From positions 1-35,407 of the forward strand of contig JASLVI010000001.1 in NCBI GenBank assembly GCA_030741455.1: a stretch of DNA of 35,407 bases. Direction: 5' to 3'. Both the position numbers and the translations under genes were made by a program. The notes below the pieces were generated by a model. The model was not told where the DNA came from and did not search any database. It was given only the letters and a program-made list of their open reading frames with translations. Source of the stretch: Candidatus Poseidoniaceae archaeon. GTDB taxonomy: Archaea > Thermoplasmatota > Poseidoniia > Poseidoniales > Poseidoniaceae. Below are positions 1 to 9,021 of the stretch, piece after piece (position 1 is the first letter of the stretch; the number at the start of each line of letters is the position of its first letter).

Positions 1-2
1 CG

Positions 3-644
3 TTCCCAAGTGACGGAACACAATGGTCCGACCAGGATGGTGATGGTTATGGTGACAACCCAACTGGTACATTCCCAGATGCGTTCCCTACCGATGGAAC
101 TCAATGGAGTGACATGGACGGTGATGGTTACGGTGACAATCCAACTGGAAACAATGCTGACCTTTGGACCAACGATAGTTCACAATGGTTCGATACCGAT
201 GGCGATGGCTATGGTGACAACCCAACTGGAACAAACGGTGATGCCTTCCCTACCGATGGGACACAATGGTCCGACCAAGATGGTGATGGCTATGGCGATA
301 ATCAAAACGGCACCAACCCTGATGCATTCCCTGCAGATGCAACCCAGTGGATAGATACCGATGGCGATGGCTATGGTGACAACCGCAATGGCAACAATGG
401 CGATCGTTTCCCAACCGATGCAACACAATGGTCGGATATTGACTCTGATGGCTACGGTGACAATCAAGCAGGAAACAATCCTGATGCATTCCCAACCGAT
501 GGAACACAATGGGAAGACGCGGATGGGGATGGATTCGGTGATAATCAAGGCGGCGCCAATGCTGACAAATTCCCGAATGATAACACGCAATGGAGCGACG
601 TTGATGGAGATGGATACGGCGATAATGCAAACGGAAACAATCCT
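3..644 (+). repeat. Coding tandem repeat, 81-bp (27-aa) unit, about 8 copies in the window
   Basis: caatgg...gatggtgatggNtaYggYgaYaa recurs at 81-bp spacing and translates to TQWxDxDGDGYGDN. Confidence 0.9.
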
Positions 645-1961
645 GATTTGTGTCCAAATACACCATTTGGAAAGGCTGTGGATTCAACAGGATGTTCTGA
701 GAGTCAACTCGATGATGATGGGGATGGTGTCACCAACGATCTTGACGCCTGTCCAACGACGCCCGCTGGAGATACTGTCAATTTCAATGGCTGTTCAACC
801 ACCGAATTGGATGGTGATCTCGATGGTGTCATGGATGCTTACGATGATTGTGTTTCAACACCACTTGGCCTAACCGTTGATGCAGCTGGTTGTGCAGACT
901 CTGAGAAAGATACGGACATGGATGGAATCACCGATGATATCGACCAATGTCCATTCACACCAACTGGCAGTCCTCCGAACATCTTTGGATGTTCGGCTGA
1001 ACAACGCGACCAAGACAACGATGCAGTCTCAGACAGTGACGACCTTTGTTTCAACACTCCTGAAGGAGAATCCGTCGACATCAATGGATGTGCAGAGAGC
1101 CAGAAGGATGCTGATGGCGATGGCGTGTCCGATGCCGATGATACCTGTGCAGGAACAGCCCCTCTGTCACTCGTCAATGAGAACGGTTGCAGTTCATCAC
1201 AATTGGATGATGACATGGATCTCATCTTCAATAATGAAGACGTTTGTCCAGCCACACCAGCAAATGAAGCACCAAATGCAGAAGGTTGTTCAGCAAGTCA
1301 GGTTGATGATGATGGTGATACCATATTCAACAGCAACGACCTCTGTCCAATGACCAACGTCGACCCCTCACTTGATGCAAACGGTTGTGTCTCCAGTCAG
1401 AGAGATACGGACATGGACGGGGTTTTCGATAACCGTGACGATTGTCCTGAAACAAACATGACCAGTGTTGCTGATGATGACGGTTGTGCTCTCGAGCAAA
1501 TCGATTCTGATGGAGATGGTTACAACGATCTCATTGACGCATTCCCACTCGATGTAGAGGAATGGCAAGATGACGATGGTGATGGCGTACCAAACAAGCA
1601 AGATGCATATCCTGATGATCCGACCCAAACAAAGGCACAAGATGATGGCTCAGGCGGTGGATTCCTCATCTACACACTCGTAGCAATTCTCGTTCTGGGA
1701 GCACTTGCTGGACTTGGCGTCATGCGTCGCAACAACATGATGGCTGTGGAAAAGGTCAGTCCTTTCTCGCAAGAAGCTGCAACACAAGGTGCGATGGAAA
1801 CGCAAATGCTTGAACAGGAAGATTCTACCAGCGAAGAAAGTTCTTCCAACAACAATGAATGGGAAGAGAACGGTGTTCGATGGCTACGACAAGAAGACGG
1901 TTCTCTGTTCTATCTCGATCCTCAAGCCAATCAGTGGGTTCCATTCCAACAAACCGAATGA
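3..1961 (+). CDS. Membrane-anchored Ca-binding repeat surface protein (thrombospondin type-3-like repeats), 5'-truncated by the window edge
   Basis: The frame of ORF 114..1961 is open back to base 3. It has 8 x 27-aa DAFPxDxTQWxDxDGDGYGDN repeats, then 9 x 33-aa DxCPxT...GC...DxDxDG repeats, a TM helix (FLIYTLVAILVLGALAGLGVM-RR) and a short cytoplasmic tail. Confidence 0.9.
   Translation, partial: FPSDGTQWSDQDGDGYGDNPTGTFPDAFPTDGTQWSDMDGDGYGDNPTGNNADLWTNDSSQWFDTDGDGYGDNPTGTNGDAFPTDGTQWSDQDGDGYGDNQNGTNPDAFPADATQWIDTDGDGYGDNRNGNNGDRFPTDATQWSDIDSDGYGDNQAGNNPDAFPTDGTQWEDADGDGFGDNQGGANADKFPNDNTQWSDVDGDGYGDNANGNNPDLCPNTPFGKAVDSTGCSESQLDDDGDGVTNDLDACPTTPAGDTVNFNGCSTTELDGDLDGVMDAYDDCVSTPLGLTVDAAGCADSEKDTDMDGITDDIDQCPFTPTGSPPNIFGCSAEQRDQDNDAVSDSDDLCFNTPEGESVDINGCAESQKDADGDGVSDADDTCAGTAPLSLVNENGCSSSQLDDDMDLIFNNEDVCPATPANEAPNAEGCSASQVDDDGDTIFNSNDLCPMTNVDPSLDANGCVSSQRDTDMDGVFDNRDDCPETNMTSVADDDGCALEQIDSDGDGYNDLIDAFPLDVEEWQDDDGDGVPNKQDAYPDDPTQTKAQDDGSGGGFLIYTLVAILVLGALAGLGVMRRNNMMAVEKVSPFSQEAATQGAMETQMLEQEDSTSEESSSNNNEWEENGVRWLRQEDGSLFYLDPQANQWVPFQQTE
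645..1535 (+). repeat. Coding tandem repeat, 99-bp (33-aa) unit, 9 copies, two Cys per unit
   Basis: Units begin DLCPNTP, DACPTTP, DDCVSTP, DQCPFTP, DLCFNTP, DTCAGTA, DVCPATP, DLCPMTN and DDCPETN at exact 33-aa spacing. Confidence 0.9.
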
Positions 1962-2013
1962 TTGATTCACTCGAGAGGCAAGGATTTAGATTCTCCTTCA
2001 ACAAAGGTGTATC

Positions 2014-2634
2014 ATGGAGGAAGGCTTCAAGCGCGATACTTGTGCAGAAGTCGCCCTAAGTGCCATGGTAAGTATGATCATGATTCTGCTCTTTTCAGCT
2101 CTTGTCGCTGGAATGGCATTGATGATGATTGAACAAGCATTCATGGAATCACGTACTCAAAGTGTTGAACAATCTGAAACACTCAATTCAGTTCCTTTGG
2201 TGTTGGTGTTTGAAGTTGAGCAATTAGATACAACTGGAAATACAAACGATCAACTTTACTTGATGTTCAAGTTCCCGTTCGCAGGTGATACCATAGCGGA
2301 TACGAACGTTAAATGGGCTATGATGTGCGATATCAATGACACAGGGCCACCACAAACAAGTTCCGCTCATACACTTGTTTATTCAAGTGGTAACTTTGAT
2401 GTCGCAACCGATTTGAACGGAAATGCGAATGATGCTGCTTCACTTGACGAATTCAATCCACAAACATACTATCATGTCCTCATCGATTTAACAAGCCCAA
2501 ATGGCAATGGTGATTGTGATTTGGTCGAAGATATGCATGCAACCTTGGTGATTGCAGTCGAGAAAGGACGAACAGTAGAACTTGATTTCTATGTTCCAGA
2601 TGATGTTACACCTGGATATGACCTGATGAGTTGA
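2014..2634 (+). CDS. Divergent archaellin/type IV pilin-like protein (class III signal peptide-like N-terminus)
   Basis: A short charged leader (FKRDTCA) is followed by a hydrophobic helix (EVALSAMVSMIMILLFSALVAGMALMMIE), then an amphipathic helix and a beta-rich domain. The layout parallels the next gene. Confidence 0.6.
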   Translation: MEEGFKRDTCAEVALSAMVSMIMILLFSALVAGMALMMIEQAFMESRTQSVEQSETLNSVPLVLVFEVEQLDTTGNTNDQLYLMFKFPFAGDTIADTNVKWAMMCDINDTGPPQTSSAHTLVYSSGNFDVATDLNGNANDAASLDEFNPQTYYHVLIDLTSPNGNGDCDLVEDMHATLVIAVEKGRTVELDFYVPDDVTPGYDLMS

Positions 2635-2639
2635 GAGCA

Positions 2640-3257
2640 ATGGAAAAACAGAACGATACACTTGCCCAAGTTGGCATCGGTGCAATGATTGTCTTCATTG
2701 GAATCATCATTGCTGTCACATCATCGATGTATGTCATGATCAATCAACTCGAACGAATCTCCCAAGGTGCAGAAGAAGCGGTTTCAGTAGCAACAAATGA
2801 AGCGCATACACAAGTGATTTTTGTTGGAGGATGGGTTGACGATGAGTATGATGATTTCCTATTGATGTTTGAGTATCAGAGCCTAGGTAAAAACGTACAA
2901 ACCGATGAGGTTGCTTGGGTTTTGTGGTGTGAATTTAACGGCGAGATTTTTAGAAGAATGGGTTACATGGGGGACCAAGTTTTCTCTGCACCCATCGGGA
3001 CGGACGGAGAAAGGACGACAATATGGGAAGTTGGCGCAGAGATTCTAAAACCAGATGAATTAATCTCAGGAAAGCGCTACTTCGTCATCGCAGATGGAGG
3101 AACTGGTACAGATAGTGGGAACGGTGCATTTTGTGGCCCTGAATGGATTTTTGATCGAGGTGTTACCGCCTATTATTCGATTTACCTCCCTGATGGTGGG
3201 CACACCACGCAAGAATTGCGCGTGAATGTGTTCGAGGTTGGTCAATCGGTCACTTGA
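2640..3257 (+). CDS. Archaellin (FlaB/ArlB)-like protein
   Basis: The N-terminus NDTLA|QVGIGAMIVFIGIIIAV matches the archaellin signature xxGIGTLIVFIAMVLVAA. ATG 2640 is preferred over TTG 2631. Confidence 0.75.
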   Translation: MEKQNDTLAQVGIGAMIVFIGIIIAVTSSMYVMINQLERISQGAEEAVSVATNEAHTQVIFVGGWVDDEYDDFLLMFEYQSLGKNVQTDEVAWVLWCEFNGEIFRRMGYMGDQVFSAPIGTDGERTTIWEVGAEILKPDELISGKRYFVIADGGTGTDSGNGAFCGPEWIFDRGVTAYYSIYLPDGGHTTQELRVNVFEVGQSVT

Positions 3258-3278
3258 ACCCCATATTGGTGTGAAAGT

Positions 3279-3716
3279 ATGATGAACGACGATTCAGTTT
3301 CCGAGCCAGAGAAGCCTCCCTCCTCAGTGGTCATATCGGTTCCTTTGGTTCAGAAAGATTCTGAACAAAGGAGTATTCAACAGCAACCTGAAGTCATTCT
3401 GATCCAAGCACCGAAGTTCAATCATCCCGCTCGAACAATAAGTTCGATTGTAACGTTCCTTGCGATCTTTGTTTTCTTAATCTCATTCTTCAGCTTTGGT
3501 TCATCCTCAGGAGGATTCTCGCACCTGGAATTTGGTTTCCAAAGTTGTTGCTTTTTGTTCAATGTTGCATTCATACTGGAAATTGTCTATTATGGAAATC
3601 TGATAACACACAACAATACCTATGGTGAAGACAACACTTGGCCAACACTCAACCTTTTCCTTGCGTTGGTGTTGGCAGGGATAGGATTGTTGATTTTCCT
3701 AACGAATTTCTTCTAA
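3279..3716 (+). CDS. Hypothetical membrane protein (about 3 TM helices)
   Basis: 145-aa ORF filling the gap, with a polar N-terminus and three hydrophobic segments. A ggtgtga SD-like sequence lies upstream. Confidence 0.75.
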   Translation: MMNDDSVSEPEKPPSSVVISVPLVQKDSEQRSIQQQPEVILIQAPKFNHPARTISSIVTFLAIFVFLISFFSFGSSSGGFSHLEFGFQSCCFLFNVAFILEIVYYGNLITHNNTYGEDNTWPTLNLFLALVLAGIGLLIFLTNFF

Positions 3717-3717
3717 A

Positions 3718-5124
<1,407 letters not shown>

Positions 5125-5162
5125 TCATTGGATGAGTACCCATAATGCAGGTTTCAGAAGCC

Positions 5163-5600
5163 TTACAGAGGACACACGGTCATGAAGCGTTCAAGGCGTT
5201 CAATTCTCCGCTGACCTTGCTCATCGACATCAGCCATTGCATGTATTGCTTCCTCAATCATAGCGTGTTGATCGGGTTGAATGGAAAGTAATCGACGGAG
5301 ATGGTCAAGAAGGGCCCATTCATCTTCAGAAATGACTTCATCATCAAGAGCTGCAATCAATGCGGCTTGATAGGTTGAAACGGCCCCCATGGCCATTTCA
5401 ATCTCATCGGATTCCTCGAATGGATTCAACTCTTCCCCTCGAGCAATCGAAAGACACAGTGCTGTATCACTCGGCTGAACACCCAGTGTTGCACCAAGAA
5501 CTCTGAGAATCGCAGCCTCATCATCGGTGACAATTGAATCTTCGAGAGCGGTTTCAACCAATTGTAGGTAAAGGCGGTTTGCGGCGTTGTCTTCGAGCAT
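5163..5600 (-). CDS. Hypothetical protein with two TerB-like helical repeats
   Basis: Internal duplication: ALEDSIVTDDEAAILRVLGATLGV versus ALDDEVISEDEWALLDHLRRLLSI, resembling the TerB DGxxxxxE motif. ATG 5600 is chosen over TTG 5618 because a TATA-like GTTAAG lies about 30 nt upstream on the minus strand. Confidence 0.7.
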   Translation of the reverse strand: MLEDNAANRLYLQLVETALEDSIVTDDEAAILRVLGATLGVQPSDTALCLSIARGEELNPFEESDEIEMAMGAVSTYQAALIAALDDEVISEDEWALLDHLRRLLSIQPDQHAMIEEAIHAMADVDEQGQRRIERLERFMTVCPL

Positions 5601-5629
5601 AAACGTTGGACTGCGCAACAGGGTTTAGA

Positions 5630-5717
5630 CTTAACCGTTAGAAATGCAACGTAATACATATCGTATGACAAACGTATTACTTTATATGCTGGATGGTGCT
5701 ACATATGTTTAGGAGGG
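5630..5717. promoter_or_regulatory. Divergent promoter region with candidate operator repeats
   Basis: Minus-strand GTTAAG at 5635-5630 and plus-strand TTTATA at 5681-5686. Between them are CGTAATAC (5650-5657), CGTATGAC (5662-5669) and CGTATTAC (5673-5680). SD AGGAGG lies at 5711-5716. Confidence 0.6.
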
Positions 5718-5723
5718 CAAGAA

Positions 5724-6095
5724 ATGAGCAACCCAAGCACGTTGACATCGATTCGTCTCGATGCAGATACCATGCAATCATTGGACATGCTCGTAGGACA
5801 AGACGGTCTGAACAACCGATCCGATGTCATACGCCTTGCAATACAACAACTCCTCCACGGGCAAGCAAAACTCCCTGGAATGAAGAGTGTTCGAATTCCT
5901 CTTGGTCGCCAAATGGAACTTCAACTCGCCTCCCTATACGAGTTGTTCGGGGTTACTCATGAACAAGCAGCCTCGGAAGGCTTGCAACTTTACATCGATA
6001 AGAAGGTCGAGAGTCTCGACCAACAAGACAAACTCAATGATGCCGTAGCAAAATCATTTGCTGCGACACAACCAAGCAAGGAATACCACGAATGA
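5724..6095 (+). CDS. Ribbon-helix-helix (CopG/Arc/MetJ) DNA-binding protein, probably with two RHH units
   Basis: TSIRLDADTMQSLDMLV...NRSDVIRLAIQQLL is a classic RHH. KSVRIPLGRQMELQLASLY...EQAASEGLQLYI looks like a second, degenerate unit. Strong SD. Confidence 0.85.
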   Translation: MSNPSTLTSIRLDADTMQSLDMLVGQDGLNNRSDVIRLAIQQLLHGQAKLPGMKSVRIPLGRQMELQLASLYELFGVTHEQAASEGLQLYIDKKVESLDQQDKLNDAVAKSFAATQPSKEYHE

Positions 6096-6099
6096 AAAG

Positions 6100-6385
6100 C
6101 GGTGAGAGCAGAGAGGGGATGGGATATGATTTGGCACGAAGAAGACAACACGCTTCCGAAGGCCACCTTCAATGCTGTGCAAGATCGGTCAGACTTGCAC
6201 GGATTAGCTACCTTGCGGATGCGTGCCCGTCGTGCACGACGTGACCAACGTGGACCCCAACACCACAACCCCCACAGCCCCCCGGATGACGGTCGGGGGG
6301 ACTCTGATTCCACACCTGTCTCTTGACGGTGGAAACCCCACACGTGCCGCGGCCCCCACTCCACGGCACACTTGACTTCAATCAG
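6100..6385. ncRNA. Candidate structured non-coding RNA (identity and strand unresolved, minus strand slightly favoured)
   Basis: 341-nt intergenic gap in an otherwise tightly packed region. My count is 107/160 G+C over 6211-6370. At least six adjacent stem-loops are present and there is no credible protein. Boundaries are approximate. Confidence 0.55.
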
Positions 6386-6436
6386 CGAATGCTTTCGACA
6401 CGAATCCTTTAGAGGGGTCGTCATTGTTCTCAAGAT

Positions 6437-8545
6437 ATGTCAGGCCAAGAATCCTCCACTTTTTCGGGAGAGATTCGCTATCTTGCTCACGAAGAGGCGC
6501 GTCCTGGCCAACTCGAAATGATCCATGATTGTCTCAACGCACTCCATTCTGGAGGACATCATCTCGCTGCTGCACCAACTGGAATTGGTAAAACCGCTGC
6601 AGCGTTAGCAGCAGCCGTTGATGCTGCAAGGTTTGCGAATGGTCCACGAACCATCTTCTTCCTCACATCTCGGCAAAGTCAGCATAAGATTGTCATCGAT
6701 ACAGTTCGTCGAATCAATGCGCGACGACCTCCTCAAGAAAAAGTGCGGCTTGTTGACATGGTCGGTCAAGCGAGCATGTGCGTTCAGCCCTTTGCCAAGG
6801 AATCACCTCCACTCTTCTCACTCCTTTGCAACCAAGCTCGTTCCTCACGTTCATGCAAACCCTACTTGACGCAAGCGCCGGGTTTGCGTCAACGAATCCT
6901 TTCAGATCCGTTGCATGTTGAGGAACTCGTTCAAATGGCGCAAACACATTCGGAACATGGTGTTCCAACGCTCACATGTCCATGGAAGGCTGCACGCGAG
7001 GCTGTGTCCTCTGCTGATATCTTTGTTGGCGACTACAACCACTTGTTTGTAGATGCAGTTCGAGAAGCATCACTCAATGCAATGGAAGTGGATCTATCCG
7101 ATCTTATTGTCATTGTAGATGAAGCCCACAATTTACCAGATCGAATTCGTATGGGGATGGAGCGACGATTTACACCAACAGTGGTTCGCAATGCAGTCAT
7201 CGATCTAGAAGAATACACTGAACGAATGATTGAATCTGCCGCCTCACTCGGAACCGATGGCCTTGTTCTGCAATCATCGCTCGCTTCCTGGGCTCTCGAT
7301 GTCATGAAAGTCTGTCGAGGTCGAATGGCTGATTTGTTCAGAGACCTACTCAACGAACCAGCCGAATTTGAAGAACGACGTGTCAATGTTGAACGGTTGA
7401 GAAATATTTTCCTTGCATCTTGTGATGAAGTCGAAGGAAAAGTGGGACAACAACAATTGCAAGCTGAGCAAATACATGCTGTCGAGTCACCAGGCGAAGG
7501 ATTAGATCGGCTGAAGATTCTACGTGATGTCCTCCTCGATGTTGAAATCAAAGTCGATGCTGATGAAGAAAATCCCAATATTGACATTGATGCTCATCGT
7601 ATTGGACATCTTCTTGAGGACATGCTACGTTTTGGAGAAACCACTGCACTTGTCTATGTTCATGATGCAAAAGGAAAGGAAGGTAGAATTACATCACATC
7701 TCCTTGATCCTGGACTTGTTTCAGGACCTGTCCTCAAGAAGTGTGCAGGCAGTATTCTAATGTCAGGCACACTCTATCCTCCAAAGATGTATGCTGACCT
7801 CCTTGGAATTGGTCAACAAAAAACAACAAGTCGACAATACGAATCACCATTTGCAAGTCAGCGACGCCCAATCATCGTTGCAAAAGATGTTACGACACGA
7901 TATCAGGATCGAACCTACGAGAATACGCAACGTATTCGAAATCATATCCAAGCCCTTTGTGACTCATCACCCGGTCACGTAGCTGTTTTCACACCATCGT
8001 ATTCGATGCTCAATGAATACATTGGTGAAGGTCAGTTCCGTGGTGTTGTCGTTCGAATGGAGGATAGGACATGGTCAAAACAGGATGTCGATCAGTTGCT
8101 TGATGTCCTCGAAGATGCGAAGCAAGCAGGACGGCAAATTCTTCTCGCCGGTGTTTTTGGAGGACGACTCTCTGAAGGAATTGACTACCACAACGGAATC
8201 TTGGATGCTGTTGCTTGCATTGGGATTCCGAATCCACCTCCTTCAATTCATCAAAAGGCATTACGCACGTACATCGAGGGGCGGTTTGGGCGGGCAAATG
8301 CTTGGCGTTATGCTTCGACACAACCTGCGATAAATGCGATTCTCCAAGCGATGGGGCGACCGATTCGAAGTATTGCTGATCGAGCATTGGTGCTTCTTTT
8401 AGACAAGAGAAATACCGATCGAACCTACATCGAATGTTTCCCAAAAGACATTCGAATGAATACAACAACTGAGCCAGAAACAACGAAATCCTTCGCTCGT
8501 CGATTCTTTTCAAGAGTGCATCGACAATCCGAAGGTTCATCATAA
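6437..8545 (+). CDS. xpd: XPD/Rad3/DinG-family ATP-dependent DNA helicase with 4Fe-4S domain
   Basis: Q motif RPGQ, Walker A APTGIGKT, four Cys (SMC, LLC, RSC, TCPW), DYNHLF, DEAH, MSGTL, SEGID and motif VI QAMGRPIRS. Confidence 0.92.
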   Translation: MSGQESSTFSGEIRYLAHEEARPGQLEMIHDCLNALHSGGHHLAAAPTGIGKTAAALAAAVDAARFANGPRTIFFLTSRQSQHKIVIDTVRRINARRPPQEKVRLVDMVGQASMCVQPFAKESPPLFSLLCNQARSSRSCKPYLTQAPGLRQRILSDPLHVEELVQMAQTHSEHGVPTLTCPWKAAREAVSSADIFVGDYNHLFVDAVREASLNAMEVDLSDLIVIVDEAHNLPDRIRMGMERRFTPTVVRNAVIDLEEYTERMIESAASLGTDGLVLQSSLASWALDVMKVCRGRMADLFRDLLNEPAEFEERRVNVERLRNIFLASCDEVEGKVGQQQLQAEQIHAVESPGEGLDRLKILRDVLLDVEIKVDADEENPNIDIDAHRIGHLLEDMLRFGETTALVYVHDAKGKEGRITSHLLDPGLVSGPVLKKCAGSILMSGTLYPPKMYADLLGIGQQKTTSRQYESPFASQRRPIIVAKDVTTRYQDRTYENTQRIRNHIQALCDSSPGHVAVFTPSYSMLNEYIGEGQFRGVVVRMEDRTWSKQDVDQLLDVLEDAKQAGRQILLAGVFGGRLSEGIDYHNGILDAVACIGIPNPPPSIHQKALRTYIEGRFGRANAWRYASTQPAINAILQAMGRPIRSIADRALVLLLDKRNTDRTYIECFPKDIRMNTTTEPETTKSFARRFFSRVHRQSEGSS

Positions 8546-8564
8546 TCAAGCAGGAGGAGAGAAC

Positions 8565-9017
8565 ATGAGCGAGTGGAAGCGTCTAGCCTTAACGGAAGAC
8601 AAGGAAGAGAAGCCAGAGGAAGGGGATTTCTCCTCAGCACCTCAATTGTTGCATCAAGAATTCCATGAAGAAGCACATCATTTGCACGAGGTACGGGCGA
8701 TGCATACCCATGTTCTCGTACAAGCAGGAATGCTTCCTGAAACCCATCTTGCAGAGGTTGACCCTTCTCAGCGGTTAGATTGGATCTTGCAAGAATTGCA
8801 TGGTATGCGTGATCCAGATGGCCTCACCATCCCATTGAAAGGTGTTTCATTCGAAGATGTTGAAGTCAACATCATGAGCAATGATTCAGAGACCAGCATA
8901 AAACTCACAATCCATGAGAACGGACATCAGCCGTTTGAACGCGTCCTCCCCCTCATGGGAGAAGATCTTGACGTTCAGGCTCATTTTGTCAATGGCCAAC
9001 TACGTCTTCGATGGTGA
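8565..9017 (+). CDS. Hsp20/alpha-crystallin-like protein with His-rich N-terminal region
   Basis: The C-terminal half (LKGVSFEDVEVNI...FERVLPL...AHFVNGQLRLRW) resembles the alpha-crystallin pattern LPGVxxEDIxV...FxRxIxLP...AxxxNGVLxI. SD aggagg lies upstream. Confidence 0.6.
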   Translation: MSEWKRLALTEDKEEKPEEGDFSSAPQLLHQEFHEEAHHLHEVRAMHTHVLVQAGMLPETHLAEVDPSQRLDWILQELHGMRDPDGLTIPLKGVSFEDVEVNIMSNDSETSIKLTIHENGHQPFERVLPLMGEDLDVQAHFVNGQLRLRW

Positions 9018-9021
9018 GTCC

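Noticed and set aside
3..1535. Regularly spaced DNA repeats resembling a CRISPR array
   Set aside because: The units are degenerate at third codon positions, are multiples of 3 and lie inside an open frame. They are protein repeats, and no cas genes are present.
6102..6326. 74-aa plus-strand ORF (and the 147-aa minus-strand ORF 5990..6433) across the GC-rich element
   Set aside because: The Arg/Pro/Gly-rich translation is typical of a GC-rich non-coding tract. The plus ORF has a GTG start with no SD, and the minus ORF overlaps the RHH gene. The hairpins explain the sequence better.
6300..6345. Replication origin (ORB-like GTGGAAAC and G-strings)
   Set aside because: There is no full TTCCAxTxGAAAC box with a correctly placed G-string, no AT-rich unwinding element and no orc1/cdc6 gene nearby.
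6100..6385. RNase P RNA interpretation (minus-strand fragments AGTCCCCCC, GTGCAAGTC, GAAGGTGG)
   Set aside because: The conserved GAGGAA(A/G) before P4 and the ACAnAA...CUUA 3' region are not found in the right order on either strand. A cmsearch would still be needed to exclude it formally.
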